From the NCBI GenBank assembly GCA_951406725.2, contig OX597826.1, positions 34,906,001 through 34,970,000 of the forward strand: 64,000 nt of DNA. Direction: 5' to 3'. The notes under the pieces are model-generated. The model was given only the letters and a program-made list of their open reading frames with translations. It had not been told where the DNA came from and searched no databases. The DNA comes from Octopus vulgaris. Lineage: Eukaryota. The translations under genes were made by a program, and so were the position numbers. Positions 13,900 to 28,450 of this stretch are shown piece after piece; the stretch's first letter is position 1; each line of letters opens with the position of its first letter.

Positions 13900-14190
13900 T
13901 ATATATATGTATATATATATGCATATATATATACATACACACATACATATATGCATGCATCTATATATATATGCATATATATATATATATATATACATAC
14001 ACACATACATATATGCATGCATCTATATATATATGCATATATATATATGCACATATATATATGCATGCATATATTATATATATTATTTGCACATATCAAT
14101 ATATATATATGTATATAAAGCACATACGCACACATATATCTGTGCATATATATATATATATATACGTACATATATCTATATATATGCATG
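13390..14190. repeat. Complex (TA)n microsatellite containing a long palindrome
   Basis: Arms ~13724-13831 and ~13897-14003 are reverse complements around a (TA)n core. Confidence 0.85.
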
Positions 14191-14572
14191 CATACAAACG
14201 CATAATCCTACATGTGTGCGTCTGCGTCTGTGTGCATGTGTAAATATTACATCAAACTTGACAGGCGACTCTGATTTTTGCCTTTGGTGGGACTGTTCGC
14301 CTAAAATTTACGTGAATCTGATTTAATCTAATCGAAACTTTCTATCACAACGCTCTACAACTAATGAGAAAGTTATAGCCGGCCTGGTTGATGTTTATGT
14401 GAAATTATAAAGGCAAGTAACATATCTCTAATACAATCATATATAGAAATTATGGTGTGTATTTGATTGATCTACTGGTGATCTACCTGCTGGTGCATTC
14501 GGATTTGGTGTCACACGGTACACTCTTTAAATTATTGTAGAGTTACTTCCTTTGTAACTTCATATTTGATAT

Positions 14573-14875
14573 TCCAACGGCTCTTTTGAAGGTATCGACA
14601 AAGCGTTCTGCCATTCCGTTAGATTTGGGAAAGTATGGCGCCATAGTTATATGTTCTACCGCGAAAGTGTCCAACTATTTTAAAGTTCGCTAGACACAAA
14701 TTTCGTTCCATTGTCACACAAATCTTGCAAACAATTCGTGTAAAAAATTTATCACAGTTGAGGAATTCGGCTTTTTGCAATTACAAAGTTCTGTCCATTT
14801 CGAGAAACTTTCAGTTACAACCAAGTAGTGAGAAACATTAAAAGGACCAATGAAATCGATTAAATTCATCCACAT
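14573..14875 (-). mobile_element. Ty3/Gypsy integrase (rve) relic
   Basis: Minus-strand peptides IDFIGPFNVSHYLVVTESFSKWTE, LHELFARF, CDNGTKFVS and HITMAPYFPKSNGMAERFVDTFKRA. Confidence 0.85.
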
Positions 14876-15770
14876 GCTTTATGGATGTATAAACGAATGG
14901 TTGAGATCGTTATGGAAAAAATATAATTTCAGAAGTGAGGACTCTACAAAAAATTCTATGAATCTCTTCATGTGAAGCCCAGATATTTTGGGTGAATTCC
15001 TTAAGCTAATAGAAATAAAAACCAACTGCTGTAGAAAATTGATTTTGCACATATTTTCTTTTATTCCCATTACTTAGTTCGTCTACTTACAATGTTTAGC
15101 AGAGAGAATATAATACATGCGTTCCTATCTAAAAAGAACTAGCAGCCCAATTGTGATCCTCTCCATAAACATATTTCCTCCCCGAGAAACATCAGACTCT
15201 ATTCTAACCGCTTTCTCTAACTCTATCACTACGTTATTTCTATGGAAGCTCCCCCTGTCAAAGTTTCTATTCTCTTTCACAGCGCCTTCCTCCAGAAAAA
15301 AATATAACTGAACACAATATGAAATAGCTTTAAGTGTGAACTACAACACAAGCAGTACGTCCACTGGACTGAAGTCTACCTCCCGCAATGGTTCATAATA
15401 CTGCAACATCGATATTTCTATTCATGTTTCAATGCGTCTGCCGACAACTAACAATCACAAAGAAATGAAAATTAGTTAAGTAAACGAATGTCTGTCCTTT
15501 GAAGTATTAATCTTAATAAAATAATAATATCGTAAAACGTCATGAAACAACTAAATGAACGACTAGCTTCTGTAAATACTTAGCATATATATTTATCAAC
15601 TTTCAAATATTTAACTGTATTATGAATTGAATACAATTGCCTGCAATTGCAACTGTGCTCTTTGTTTTGTTATATGTGTACTTTTTGTAGAGAATATTCA
15701 TCACAAATATATCATTCATTGGCTTCTGCGCACTTGGTAGATACGAGTTACTAATACAAAGCAAACGGTA

Positions 15771-15827
<57 letters not shown>

Positions 15828-15912
15828 GAAAAACAATAATAATAATACTATAATATATCAACAAATGCCCTTATACTTATGAACATGTGTCTGTCATACA
15901 GAGCTTGATAGG

Positions 15913-16008
<96 letters not shown>

Positions 16009-18009
16009 ATGTAGTATGTATACATATAAATGTACATATCCACTCACATCCGTGTGTATATATTTATACATATATATATATGTATATATGTATGTATGTA
16101 TGAATGTATGTATTTATACATGTACATATATGTTGTGTGTCTTCACGTGTGCGTGCATGTGTGCGTGTGTGTCAATGTGTATTTCTGTCTATCTGTGTTT
16201 GTATGTGTGTTTCTGTATGTGTGTGTGTGTGTGTGTTTGTGTGCATAGTGAACGTGTTCAACATCTATAGCACTCTCTAAATGTGATACAGTCGTCGTCC
16301 ATTCAATAATTAAGCTTTTGTTCATTTTGGATTTCATTTTAATAATGTTTTTTGTTTGATTGTTTTTCTTCTTGTATCTGTATTTCGCAATATTTTGTTA
16401 TTGAACACATTGCTCCTAGTTTTGAACTCCTTACACCCATATGAATGTCGAAATTATTGTAATAATAGCTGGAGGAATAGTTATTGAGAAATGAATTACT
16501 TCTTATATTTAATGATTGTCTTTGTATTAACGAAGTACTTAAACACTTAATGGCACACACTTTTTGCTAACATTATAAATAAACTAATAACCTAATTCTT
16601 TCTGATTCACCAACAGATGAAATATGAATTTAGGGTAGAATATACGGCAAATCTACAATTTGAACCGATCATGATGGAACATGCATGCTATACGGAAACT
16701 CAAATTATATAACCGTCGACATTTCAAGAGCTATCTCAACAATAGATACATTTAAAGCAATAACAAATTTTTTAGGAAAAATAAACATTAGAAATAACAT
16801 AATCGCAGCAAGAACATTTCATATTGATTTTATCAGTAAAGATATTATGTTGTTTGATCGGTTTCTTGTATATTCTGGCAGATTTTGTGCACTCCAAACA
16901 AAATGTAACATTGTTCTATTATCTGTCTAGGCTATGATATAAGTATAAGCTAACACTATGGCTCTGATTCAATTCTATTATCACCACACCAAAATGTGGT
17001 GAAGGAATCAGTCTGACCTGGAACGTGTTGAAGGGAAAGCATCTGTAGCAGTGTATGATAGCATCTTAGTTTGTGGCAGGATGCCAACTGTTTTGAGTTG
17101 AACGATAGATATAGATTTCAAGTAGAAATGCTCAATTTCTAGCCATATATGATGAAACGTAAAATATATTTGTAAAGGGATTTCATTTGAAAAAAATCAT
17201 TGATGAGTTGGGTTTGAAAATGGGTGTATATAGCGGTTCCTTTTTCTAAAGAGAGAAACGGAAATTAGTTTGACACAAGTTTGTAAACTACTTTTATTTT
17301 CCTTTCAACATTTGCTTGAAATTTCCTGCTAGTTAAATTTTCATAAGGAATTAGATTTTATCTTAACTGGAATACTGCTTTGATATGCTTTAAGGGAGGT
17401 TTACGATGTAAATCCCACAGGCCACCGAAATTCTCTCGTGAGCTGTAGCTATCGCAGATGTTATTGGATTTGAATGAAACAATAATGGTCCGAAAATCAT
17501 AAGAACCCTTTATTGATGAGATATTTATGCTGTCCGTTGTTTTGCCCTGTATAACGCAACAGGAGATATAGGTCATCATCAACGCAAGAAGAGATATAAT
17601 TAAATGAAAATACCCGTATATAATCAGGAGAAACTGTTCCTATATATTACAAGCATGTTTAAACACCGTTTTAAGACAGAATATATTGAATTTTTTTACA
17701 CCAAATTTAAAACAGAAAATAAGTGGTTCCAACAATCATTTCTAAGATAGTATGTTCTGAAATGGTTATATGAGCGAGGTGCATGTAAATACTTTTCAAT
17801 GAGAGTAAATACTATATTAGAATTATTGGTTTGTTTTTGATTTCTCTTTTCAGTATCAAGAACAATTTGAAAGCAACTCCACGGAATAAACGTCGCCAAA
17901 TCTTAAAAAATATCCGCAGCGTTTTTTTCTTGCCACTTTTCCGATGTCGTTTGCACAGATATATAACCAAGATGGCTAAACTGACTGGCAAGAAATTCTT
18001 CCCAAGCAC

Positions 18010-18300
18010 ACGCACAAATAAGCTTTTATTCTTATCTTATAACCACTACTACAAAATCATCTCCCCGGTGCCAGTTGATCTGATTCCACCTGCTCCTCCA
18101 CTGAAACCCCTCAAGATTCACTCATGATTCTCCCTTTCTCCACACAAGGTTTGTTCATTCACTAGCCACTCCTCTAACTATTCTTCTTTATAACTTCTTA
18201 TTCCCAGAGTACACCCTTCTCGAATTCATTTGTTTTACATGACTTTTTCAAGGACACCTCAACTTGCAACTCTTGAAGTGAAATGTTTACAGCGATAAAT
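18010..18300 (+). mobile_element. 3' end relic of a Jockey/CR1-group LINE
   Basis: SYNHYYKIISPVPVDLIPP...FIPR...NLQLLK resembles the C-terminal FYRYY..CS.EL..LVPP...SFFPRT..LWN..NLQ.FK region. Confidence 0.5.
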
Positions 18301-19746
18301 AAGGTCTCTTTGAATACTGGCATTCGTATTTAAGGCCAGAAGCAAATCCAATCTGCATGAACTGATATCATCGAAAACAGTCAAGTGAAATCGACGACGT
18401 AGTCCTAATCATGCTGTGGCAACAATACTTCTCGTACTACCTCAAGGACAGTTTCGCTGTAACACAGAGACATATACCTTCATACGCACACATACAAACT
18501 CAAACACGCATATATACACAGTTATGTAGGACCACACCCAAAGAAAACGCAAAATTCACTGGTATCGAGTCGCATGTACAGAGTTTCTTCCAGACCACTT
18601 GGATATCATGATGAATTCAGACAACGCTAAATAGAATCTAATGTATAAGATACTGTAAATTGTTTATATGGTGTATGCCTTGGAGTTATTTCTATAAAGT
18701 TACGCGGAATACATAATAGCAAGGTAGTTCCTTTGTTTGGTTTCAACGGAGGAAAACACTCGGAATAATCTGGAACAACAACTCTGTTGTGCCGAATTCA
18801 TATTAAACATTATCTAGGTTTAAAATAGATTTCTGTAAGGATTAATTTTGTTTTCTCGTTAACGAGATCAGTAAATAGGTGCATTAGAGAGACAAAGTTC
18901 TGCACCAAATCTCTAAAAGCATGGCAAGATTTACAAATAAAGCAAAACCTAAACCTAGTTTGTGTGCTTTGAGAGAATACAAATAGATTTGATCTCGTAA
19001 TGTCATATATACGGTTTCACAGAGATGAGAGAGTTGCCAGAAATTATGTTTTATAAAACTAACATTACAGATTGTTGGGAAATTAATTATATTTTGAATC
19101 AGAGAATGATGATTATTAATTAATGAAAGAATTGATAAATGAGTGAATATTTGATAAAAATTTGTGACATTCTAATATTCGTAATTTACCTTTTACGTCT
19201 TCATATTGTCATCATTTCGACGTTTGCATACATCATTTAACGAAATCATGCTGAATCTGTGTGATAATGATGTGTCACTCAGTGGTAGTGAATAGGATTA
19301 AAACTACTACGTAGTTTAAAGTTTTGATTTCGATTTCACCCAGCAGACAGAATTATATTTAACCACTGAATTATGTATCACTATTAACGTGACGGTGAGA
19401 TTAATTAATAAATAATTTCTTATACATAGTGATATACTGACCAAATAGAAAATGAATTGGTCTTTAGACTGAAAAGTCATGAGACTTCGACTATTATTGC
19501 TCATTCTCGATTTCATGTTGGAAAGCCTATGCCTACTTCTATGGCAGAAACAGAAACGGAATGATTCTTAAAAATACACTTTGAAATATTGATTTAATAT
19601 TCATTCGAAGAAGGTGAATAAATCTATACTTTCTGGTGACGCTTACTCTATTACCTATTATTGTAAAATGTTAAGTATCTACTGCATACCATTGTCTCAA
19701 AGCTACGATCAAACTACTTGTCAACATGCTTCACCTCAACTAACAT

Positions 19747-19794
<48 letters not shown>

Positions 19795-20984
19795 ACACAC
19801 ACACGCACGCACATACACACACACACGCACATACACACACACACGTCATCTGTTTATATCATGCGGTAACCCAATGAGTTTAATACCAAGTATTTTTCTG
19901 ATAACACAAATCCTCTGTGTTTCTAACGCGCGCATTCATCATATTTGATGGCTAATAATATTGAGCTCATTTCTTTTATGCAGATATAGCTTTCACTCGC
20001 TATAATTCCCTGTCAAATAACCGCATAATTCTGACACTTCATAAAGCACACCTCCTCCACAATGTGAGAAATTCGTTCTCATCAAATACAAGCTGAAATT
20101 CCATAAATGTTATGAAGACACCAGGAATTCTTAGCATAAATTTCAGATATTTTCATATTTTATATCTCCATACTTTATTTATTCATGAGAATGCAAATAT
20201 GGCCACGTATCTGGTGTCGCTGTTTGGCATATTAGTTATGGAATAAAATTATGGATGCGCCTTACAGTTAGGGCTTACGTTTTGGACATTTCTGAATAAT
20301 TTTTGCTCTTTTCTTCAGCGAATGAACAGTACAAATATACATTTACCACTAATAAGTATTGGGCCCAGCAAAAACGTAATTTTATTCAATGACTGACTCT
20401 TCTTTGTCATTTGGTTGCTGTTTTTACTATTCAGGAAAAACGTACTGGCATTTAATAAATAATGTAGCAAATATATTAGAAATGAAACCAATTTCTGTTC
20501 AAAGAAGAACTGGATAAACCGGAATAAAGTATTGCAATTGATAATAAATTATCAACTATCATATTGATATTATATAAACTCATTCAGAGTATATAGGAAA
20601 GTTCTTTTGATGTTTAACCCCAGGTACATCCTCTTAACCAAGGACGTTTCAAATTTCAATAATGCAATTTCTTTTTAATAAATTTTAGAAACAGATAGAC
20701 TCAGTTTCCATAGAAACTTGTTTAATGATTACATTATAAAACAAGCAAAAAAGTGAAATGTTTGTTGTTTTTGTTACTTTTGCTTTTGTTGTTGTTCCAT
20801 TTTAGCTCGTGTATGCCCCCCCCCCCACCTCGCTATAGCAGATTTCCTTATTGTATTTCTAGCCATGAAATACCTATCTTTTCTTCTTTCAAAATATATA
20901 TTGAACCACATAAAACAATGTGCCCTTCTTTGTTGATGATGAAAGAACGATTGTTTAATAGATGTTTAGCTGCTTTTTCAAGCG

Positions 20985-21040
20985 CTTCAACTGACGAAGC
21001 AGCTATTCATTGGTTAGTTGCTGAAATCCGGGTTCTGTTA
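20985..21040 (+). ncRNA. Hammerhead ribozyme-like motif
   Basis: CTGACGA (20991-20997), 8-bp stem II agcagcta/tagttgct, GAAA (21023-21026), short stem III with palindromic ccgg loop. Stem I is weak. Confidence 0.55.
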
Positions 21041-21087
21041 GCAGCAGTAGTGGTGGCGCCGGTTGTAGTCAGTTAATTCTCATATAG

Positions 21088-21142
<55 letters not shown>

Positions 21143-21419
21143 TGTGTGTGTGTATATAAGTGTGCTTATGTATTTATATGTATAAACAAACACACACACA
21201 CAGACACACACATATATACATATATATGTATATATGTATGTATATATATATATGTGTGTGTGTGTGTGTATGTAAATGTGATATATGACAATTATTTATA
21301 TTTATAAATAAATTCCTCTATTTACATAATATCGAGGTATCTTTCTTTCTTTTGTTGTCTTACTATTTCTATCAATATATATATATATTCGAAATAAGCA
21401 GTATGATATCAAGCAGTAA

Positions 21420-21505
21420 TGCAGTACGACCGTTTCAAGCAGATTCATTTAATTGAACAATGCAATCATTACATCAATGTTAATGCACTGCTATCTTCAG
21501 ATGCA
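21420..21505 (-). ncRNA. Type I hammerhead ribozyme motif (left arm)
   Basis: Minus strand reads tgcat CTGAAGA tagcag..ctgctt GAAA cggtcg TA ctgca. Confidence 0.7.
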
Positions 21506-22249
21506 CAAATAGTAGGATTTTTGAAATTAATAGATAATATGTATATCCTTCCGGATATTCATATGAAAGTGCCTTGAAAGATCTTTATAGAAACCACCAA
21601 ATAATGAAGTCCAAGAATGGCTATTAAACTGATTCTACATAATATTCCTTGTAATGTTTATAATTGATACATACACACCATTTATCTATTTTGGCTATGA
21701 TATCATTTTGGAATTCTTAAATCTTATTTTATACAACGTAACAATATGGCTTATAAACGTTACTCCATCGTACCCCTAATAAATTTTCCCTGTATTAGCA
21801 TCTTAAATTTCTTAGTGTCTTGCACCTTTAACTGGTAATTAAAATCATGATTTAAAGTCTAACCCTACGCTGCCTCTTTTGTATAGAGAGTTGCTCCTAT
21901 CAAATTCACTCTTCCTAATGTCGTATTGCCTTTCTCTTGGGGAAAAGAGACACCTATAAAACTTTTTACGACTATACCTAGCCATGAGTTGTCAACTCAC
22001 TTTTGTTCTTAATTTAAATTAGATATCGTCTTCTAGTCTCAGATTTAATAGATGATAAAGAGATAAATATATTAGAAGTGAATCACAATCTATGACCCCA
22101 CTGCTCCATGCGATTCAAAGGAATTGTAGTCTATTCTTAGCCACTTTACTACAATAGCAAGAACATAGTTTTCTTCCAACTCCTTACTCTGTTAAATTAT
22201 TTAAGAAAAATTATATTAATGTCCTACTTGTTAAAAATTCTATATTTTG

Positions 22250-22335
22250 TGCAGCTGAAGATAGCACTGCATTTAAATTGATATAATCATTGCATTGTTC
22301 AATAAAATGGAGCCACTCGAAACGGTCGTACGGCA
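22250..22335 (+). ncRNA. Type I hammerhead ribozyme motif (right arm)
   Basis: tgcag CTGAAGA(22255-22261)...GAAA(22319-22322) cggtcg TA cggca. Predicted cleavage after 22330. Stem II is partly eroded. Confidence 0.65.
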
Positions 22336-22364
22336 TCACTACTTGATATCCTGTTACTTATTTC

Positions 22365-22407
<43 letters not shown>

Positions 22408-22640
22408 TGCGTGTGTGTCTGTATGTATGTATAATTATAGCTACACCATGCTTGAATATCGAATTTGTCTTCATAATTGATTATTACTATCTGTCCTAAT
22501 TAAAAACCTTTTTCCTGTAAATAGAGTAACTTTCAAATGGTAGGGAAATAATATATTCATTTGAGATTAGTGTTACTTTTGTTACACCTACTACCACTAC
22601 TGCCGCTGCCACCACCACTACTACTAATAATAATAATAAT

Positions 22641-22769
22641 AAAGAAGAAGAAGAAGAAGAAGAAGAAGAAGAAGAAGAAGAAGAAGAAGAAGAAGAAGAA
22701 GAAGAAGAAGAAGAAGAAGAAGAAGAAGAAGAAGAAGAAGAAGAACAACAACAACAACAACAACAACAA
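22641..22769 (+). repeat. (GAA)n then (CAA)n microsatellite
   Basis: Direct reading. Confidence 0.95.
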
Positions 22770-23041
22770 GTATTCTCGCATTAGAAGCAATTTCCAAGGT
22801 CTTTGAGAAACATATTAAGAATATTGGGGCTGCTGTCAGGCTCGAAGTGATCCAGAAGTTAGCATTGTTGGATACAGCTCGCATTCTAAGGAGAGTATTG
22901 TCTCTTTGAGTCACAGGAAAAGGCACTACTTGAAACCATTGGAGATTTATTATTGCCTGCTTTCAAGTAAAGAATAACCGGTAATTAAGAACTATCCGAG
23001 AGTCTTTCAGAATAACAACGAAAATAACAACAACAACAACG

Positions 23042-23133
<92 letters not shown>
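22770..23133 (+). mobile_element. 3' end of R4/Dong-type non-LTR retrotransposon with (CAA)n(TAA)n tail
   Basis: EKHIKNIGAAVRLEVIQKLALLDTARILRRVLSL* matches the R4/Dong C-terminus (LQK.ALLGTARILR.VL). Followed by a short UTR and TAA repeats. Confidence 0.75.
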
Positions 23134-25017
<1,884 letters not shown>

Positions 25018-25165
25018 AAGAAGTGTAAAACCGATAATTATATAATTCACCCGAAATATCTCAGTTACGCAAACGTAAACAGAATTACTATTTAGCCTTA
25101 AAATACATCGTACATATTCAAAGAAACTTCTTGGTTTTGTGTTATGGACCGTTCTTCTGGTATTC

Positions 25166-25727
25166 TTTTATTCTTTTACTTGTTTCAGTCTTTTGATTGT
25201 GACCATGCTGGAGTCGATGAAATTGACACCTCGACTTATCTCCTGTAAGCCTGATGTTTATTCTATCGATTATTGCTGCCGAACCGTTAAGTTACGTGGA
25301 TGCAAACACACCAACATTTGTTGTCAAGCGATGGTGGTGGGTAGGGGAACAAATTCAAGCACAAACACACACACATAAATACACACTTATATACATATAG
25401 GCGGCGAGCTGGTAGAAACGTTAGCACGCCGGGCGAAATTCGTAGCAGTATTTCGTCTGTCGTTACGTTCCGAGTTCAAATTCCGCCGAGGTCGACTTTG
25501 CCTTTCATCCTTTCGGGGTCGATAAATTAAGTACCAGTTTCGCACTGGGGTCGATGTAATCGACTTAATTCCTTTGTCTGTCCTTGTTTGTCCCCTCTAC
25601 GTTTAGCCCGTTGTGGGTAGTAAAGAAATATATATATATACATATACGACGGACTTGTTTTAGTTTCCGTCTACCAAATCCACTCACACGGCTTTGATCG
25701 GCCCTAAGACTAAAGCAGAAGACACTT
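25166..25727 (-). mobile_element. SINE (CORE-like family) interrupted by a nested SINE
   Basis: Same organisation as the uninterrupted copy at 29596-29980. Confidence 0.75.
25400..25629 (+). mobile_element. Young full-length SINE (tRNA head plus Meta-domain-like body)
   Basis: ggcggcgagctggtagaa A-box, gagttcaaattcc B-box, body gcctttcatcctttcggggtcgataaattaagtaccag. Confidence 0.85.
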
Positions 25728-26838
25728 TATAAAATATAGACTTGAATTCGTGTAGCCACCTATTGGTAACGTTTCTCCCCCACGCATTTTGTAGGGGTTA
25801 TTACCCATTTTTCTAGGCTCTTTTCACAGCTATAACCCGTTCGAAGTATTCTTTACCTTTTGTATGATGAAAAAAGTGAGGTGAGGACTTGTTTGTAATT
25901 TGTAGAGAAAACATTAAACGTGCCTGGAAAAAATATAAAGGCATGAAGAACTATCAAACAAGGCGAATAAGTACCGGGGGTGGGGGAAAGAAGAGAGAAC
26001 TAACACTCGATCCTTCTAGAATTCCCAGAAGGAAAACCTAAACATCTGAAAGACTTTCCCTCTATTCATTACTAAATTTATTTCCTTCTTCGTTGTTGAA
26101 TATAAACGAGCTAGGAAAAATCGATTGTGTTTCAGTCTAATTGTCCAATTGTAATTTTAAATGACTGAGACTTTCCTTTTCCTCTCTATATCGCTTCACT
26201 CCGTTTTCTCTACAGTTAAAAGAGTGAAGATGCGTGGCTCAATTGATAGTGGTGTTCGGCCCACGATCGTAAGGCCATGAGTACGATTCCCGGCGGCGCA
26301 CTATGTTCTTGAGCAAGACACTCTACTTCACGTTCCTACCGTTCCCTTAACTGATTCGCACTCTTACCATGTATACTGTTTTGTCCTGGTATACAAGATT
26401 GGCTACAGCAAATATTCTGCTCAATGCTACAGATTTGCTTGTCAGCAATACTTCACCTTAACCAGTTGAGCATGTCCCTTGGTGGCTGACGATATGTGCA
26501 TCTCTGATCACGAGCAGAAGCAGTGGGAGAATGTCATAGCCATGTGTTGACAGAAATTATTTGGGGTTTGAATAATTCACCTCTGGAAACATGGGTGTTT
26601 TGTTCATCAACCATAAACAAACCTTATTCAGGGACAATTTCAGAGGGAAATTCTAATTCAGCCCCTTCAGCAAGTTCATGTGCTGTTTATCATGATATAA
26701 GATCACCATGTCGCGCACATATGGTTGTGATGCATGTGCCTGGTGTATTTTTATCAGACAGGTAGCCATGTTGGTTATATCGGGCTTCGTATATTTTACC
26801 CCAGTGTCACTTTCATGGCATACACTGCTCTCTAATTC

Positions 26839-26900
<62 letters not shown>

Positions 26901-26924
26901 TAATAATAATAATAATAATCTCAG

Positions 26925-27650
26925 GGTGCCGAGACTAAATGAAACCTCGAAGACGAATGTCACATGCACAGACCTGTTGAGCCTGAAACCTTTTCGTATC
27001 TCTCTCGTGTTGCGAGCAGTCTATAACAAAGTCTCAATGCCAACAAACCAGCCCAAAGAAGGCCAGATGTGTAGATTTTGTGAAGAAAGCGGCACTCTGA
27101 CAGACATCTTGTCAGAGGGTGAAATAACTCTAGCTCAAAGATAATACAAGTATTTCCATGACAAAGTGTATGCAACACTCAATCATACCGTAATGCAGGA
27201 AAGGTGCAAGACGAGTCATTATCAGTGGAAAACAACAGCAGTAATTAAATTCGTGAAAGAAGAAGAGAAGAGGTCATTAAAGACAGCAAAAAAAGACACA
27301 TCGCCTGCTGAATGGATCCCAATCATTGGGATATGAAAGTAAACGTGGGAGAGTAACTACGATTTACCCAGGTCGTTCATACAACTCTGAGGCCAGATGT
27401 GGTTCTGTGGTCTGCAAAGACCAAGAAAATTATCTTGAGCTTGCAGTCTCGTGAGAAGTAGGGTGTAATCATATGAAAGATGCCTGCAGGATTGCAGGGA
27501 GAAAGGATGGTAATCGTGGCTTTTCCCATTGAAGATGGAAGAGACAGCAGAAAGAGAATCATGCTGATTATAGTGTAAGAGATAGTAGATAAAATGGACG
27601 TCAGGAGATGTAGAGCAGTGTTTTTGCCATCTCTGCTGACCCACCAACAG
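26925..27650 (+). mobile_element. HERO/NeSL-type RLE non-LTR retrotransposon 3' relic
   Basis: PFRISLVLRAVYN..PTN..CRFCEESGTLTDILS..LAQR*YKYFHDKV (degenerate CCHC and RHD motifs), then TTLRPDVVLWSAKTKKIIL (PD motif of the RLE). Preceded by (TAA)n. Confidence 0.75.
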
Positions 27651-27739
27651 GAGGGTTCAGGATCAAAGTATCTGGTAATCGTCGGGTACCATCTAATGGC
27701 AGCAGTTCCTCCAAGTCAAATCTTTATTCACTTTGGTGA

Positions 27740-28450
27740 ATGGAAAAGAAGCACATTCTTTTAGGTGTTATCAACCAAATAATAGATCGTGATTACTTTG
27801 AATTGGAGATGGAGACTTTGGATAGTTTAACACTGAAGAAAATGCTTGACAAGACTGTGTTGCGCTCAAAGGCAAAAGTTATAAGGATATATATATCGTG
27901 GAACGTACGAGGACGGGGATTTATAAGTGTAAGCGATTTTGTGACTAAAGGCATTCTTCAATCATTTGGTATATTCTCCTTACGTATATACTTTTGGTGA
28001 TTTCTGGTAGGAAGTCTTTGATTCGCTCCCGCAAGCAAGAAATTTTTTATCTCAGCTCTAAGACATTTTCTTTGCAGTACTTTTCGATTTAGATGCTGCT
28101 CAACTCTTCAAGTATTATCTATGTTTGGGGCATTATTCTTCCATCCACTTTACTAAAGCATTAGGAATCGGTAATTCCTTTGTTGCATTCAAATATATAC
28201 GAAGTTTTAGCTGTTTCATTTTTGTCTAACAACTATCTGGTACCCCCACAGTTGGTTTCCACAGACACGGAAATCAGTTGTGTTTTTTTTTATATCGAGG
28301 GTTCTAGCTATTTGTATAAGATTCTCATTTTTCTTCAATAACCGTTTTTTTACGATCTTGCACCAGATAATGCGATAAATTTCTGGTTGTATTCGATCCT
28401 ACCACCGAGTATTCGTAATGAAATATTTTCTTGACCGATTTGGAATAGCA
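27740..28450. mobile_element. Further R4/Dong-like LINE fragments in opposite orientations
   Basis: Plus strand KAKVIRIYISWNVRGRGFISV (cf. KADVDRLYLPRKEGGRGLISV). Minus strand has a degenerate C-terminal RLE-like segment. Confidence 0.5.

Larger units (their letters stand above)
21389..22366. mobile_element. Non-autonomous element with ~135-bp inverted arms, each carrying a hammerhead motif (Penelope-like?)
   Basis: 21389-21523 is the imperfect reverse complement of 22233-22366. Both ends abut (TA)n. HHR cores at 21420-21505 (-) and 22250-22335 (+). Confidence 0.75.

Noticed and set aside
13360-14326. Long ORFs of YI/IY/CV/HT/LSIY repeats here and elsewhere (e.g. 15887, 35028, 43614, 60439)
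   Set aside because: Translations of (TA)n, (TG)n and (TAGA)n microsatellites that happen to lack stops; not genes.
15000-15408. LTR belonging to the Gypsy integrase relic
   Set aside because: A TG start is plausible on the minus strand, but no second LTR, clear PBS or TSD was found.
17358-17640. Hydrophobic minus-strand open frame as a host exon
   Set aside because: No recognisable domain, weak splice sites and no partner exons.
22557-22926. Poly-K/poly-F/poly-L proteins
   Set aside because: Translations of the (GAA)n/(CAA)n tract.
25400-25490. tRNA gene
   Set aside because: A- and B-boxes belong to a multi-copy SINE head that continues into SINE body; no full cloverleaf.
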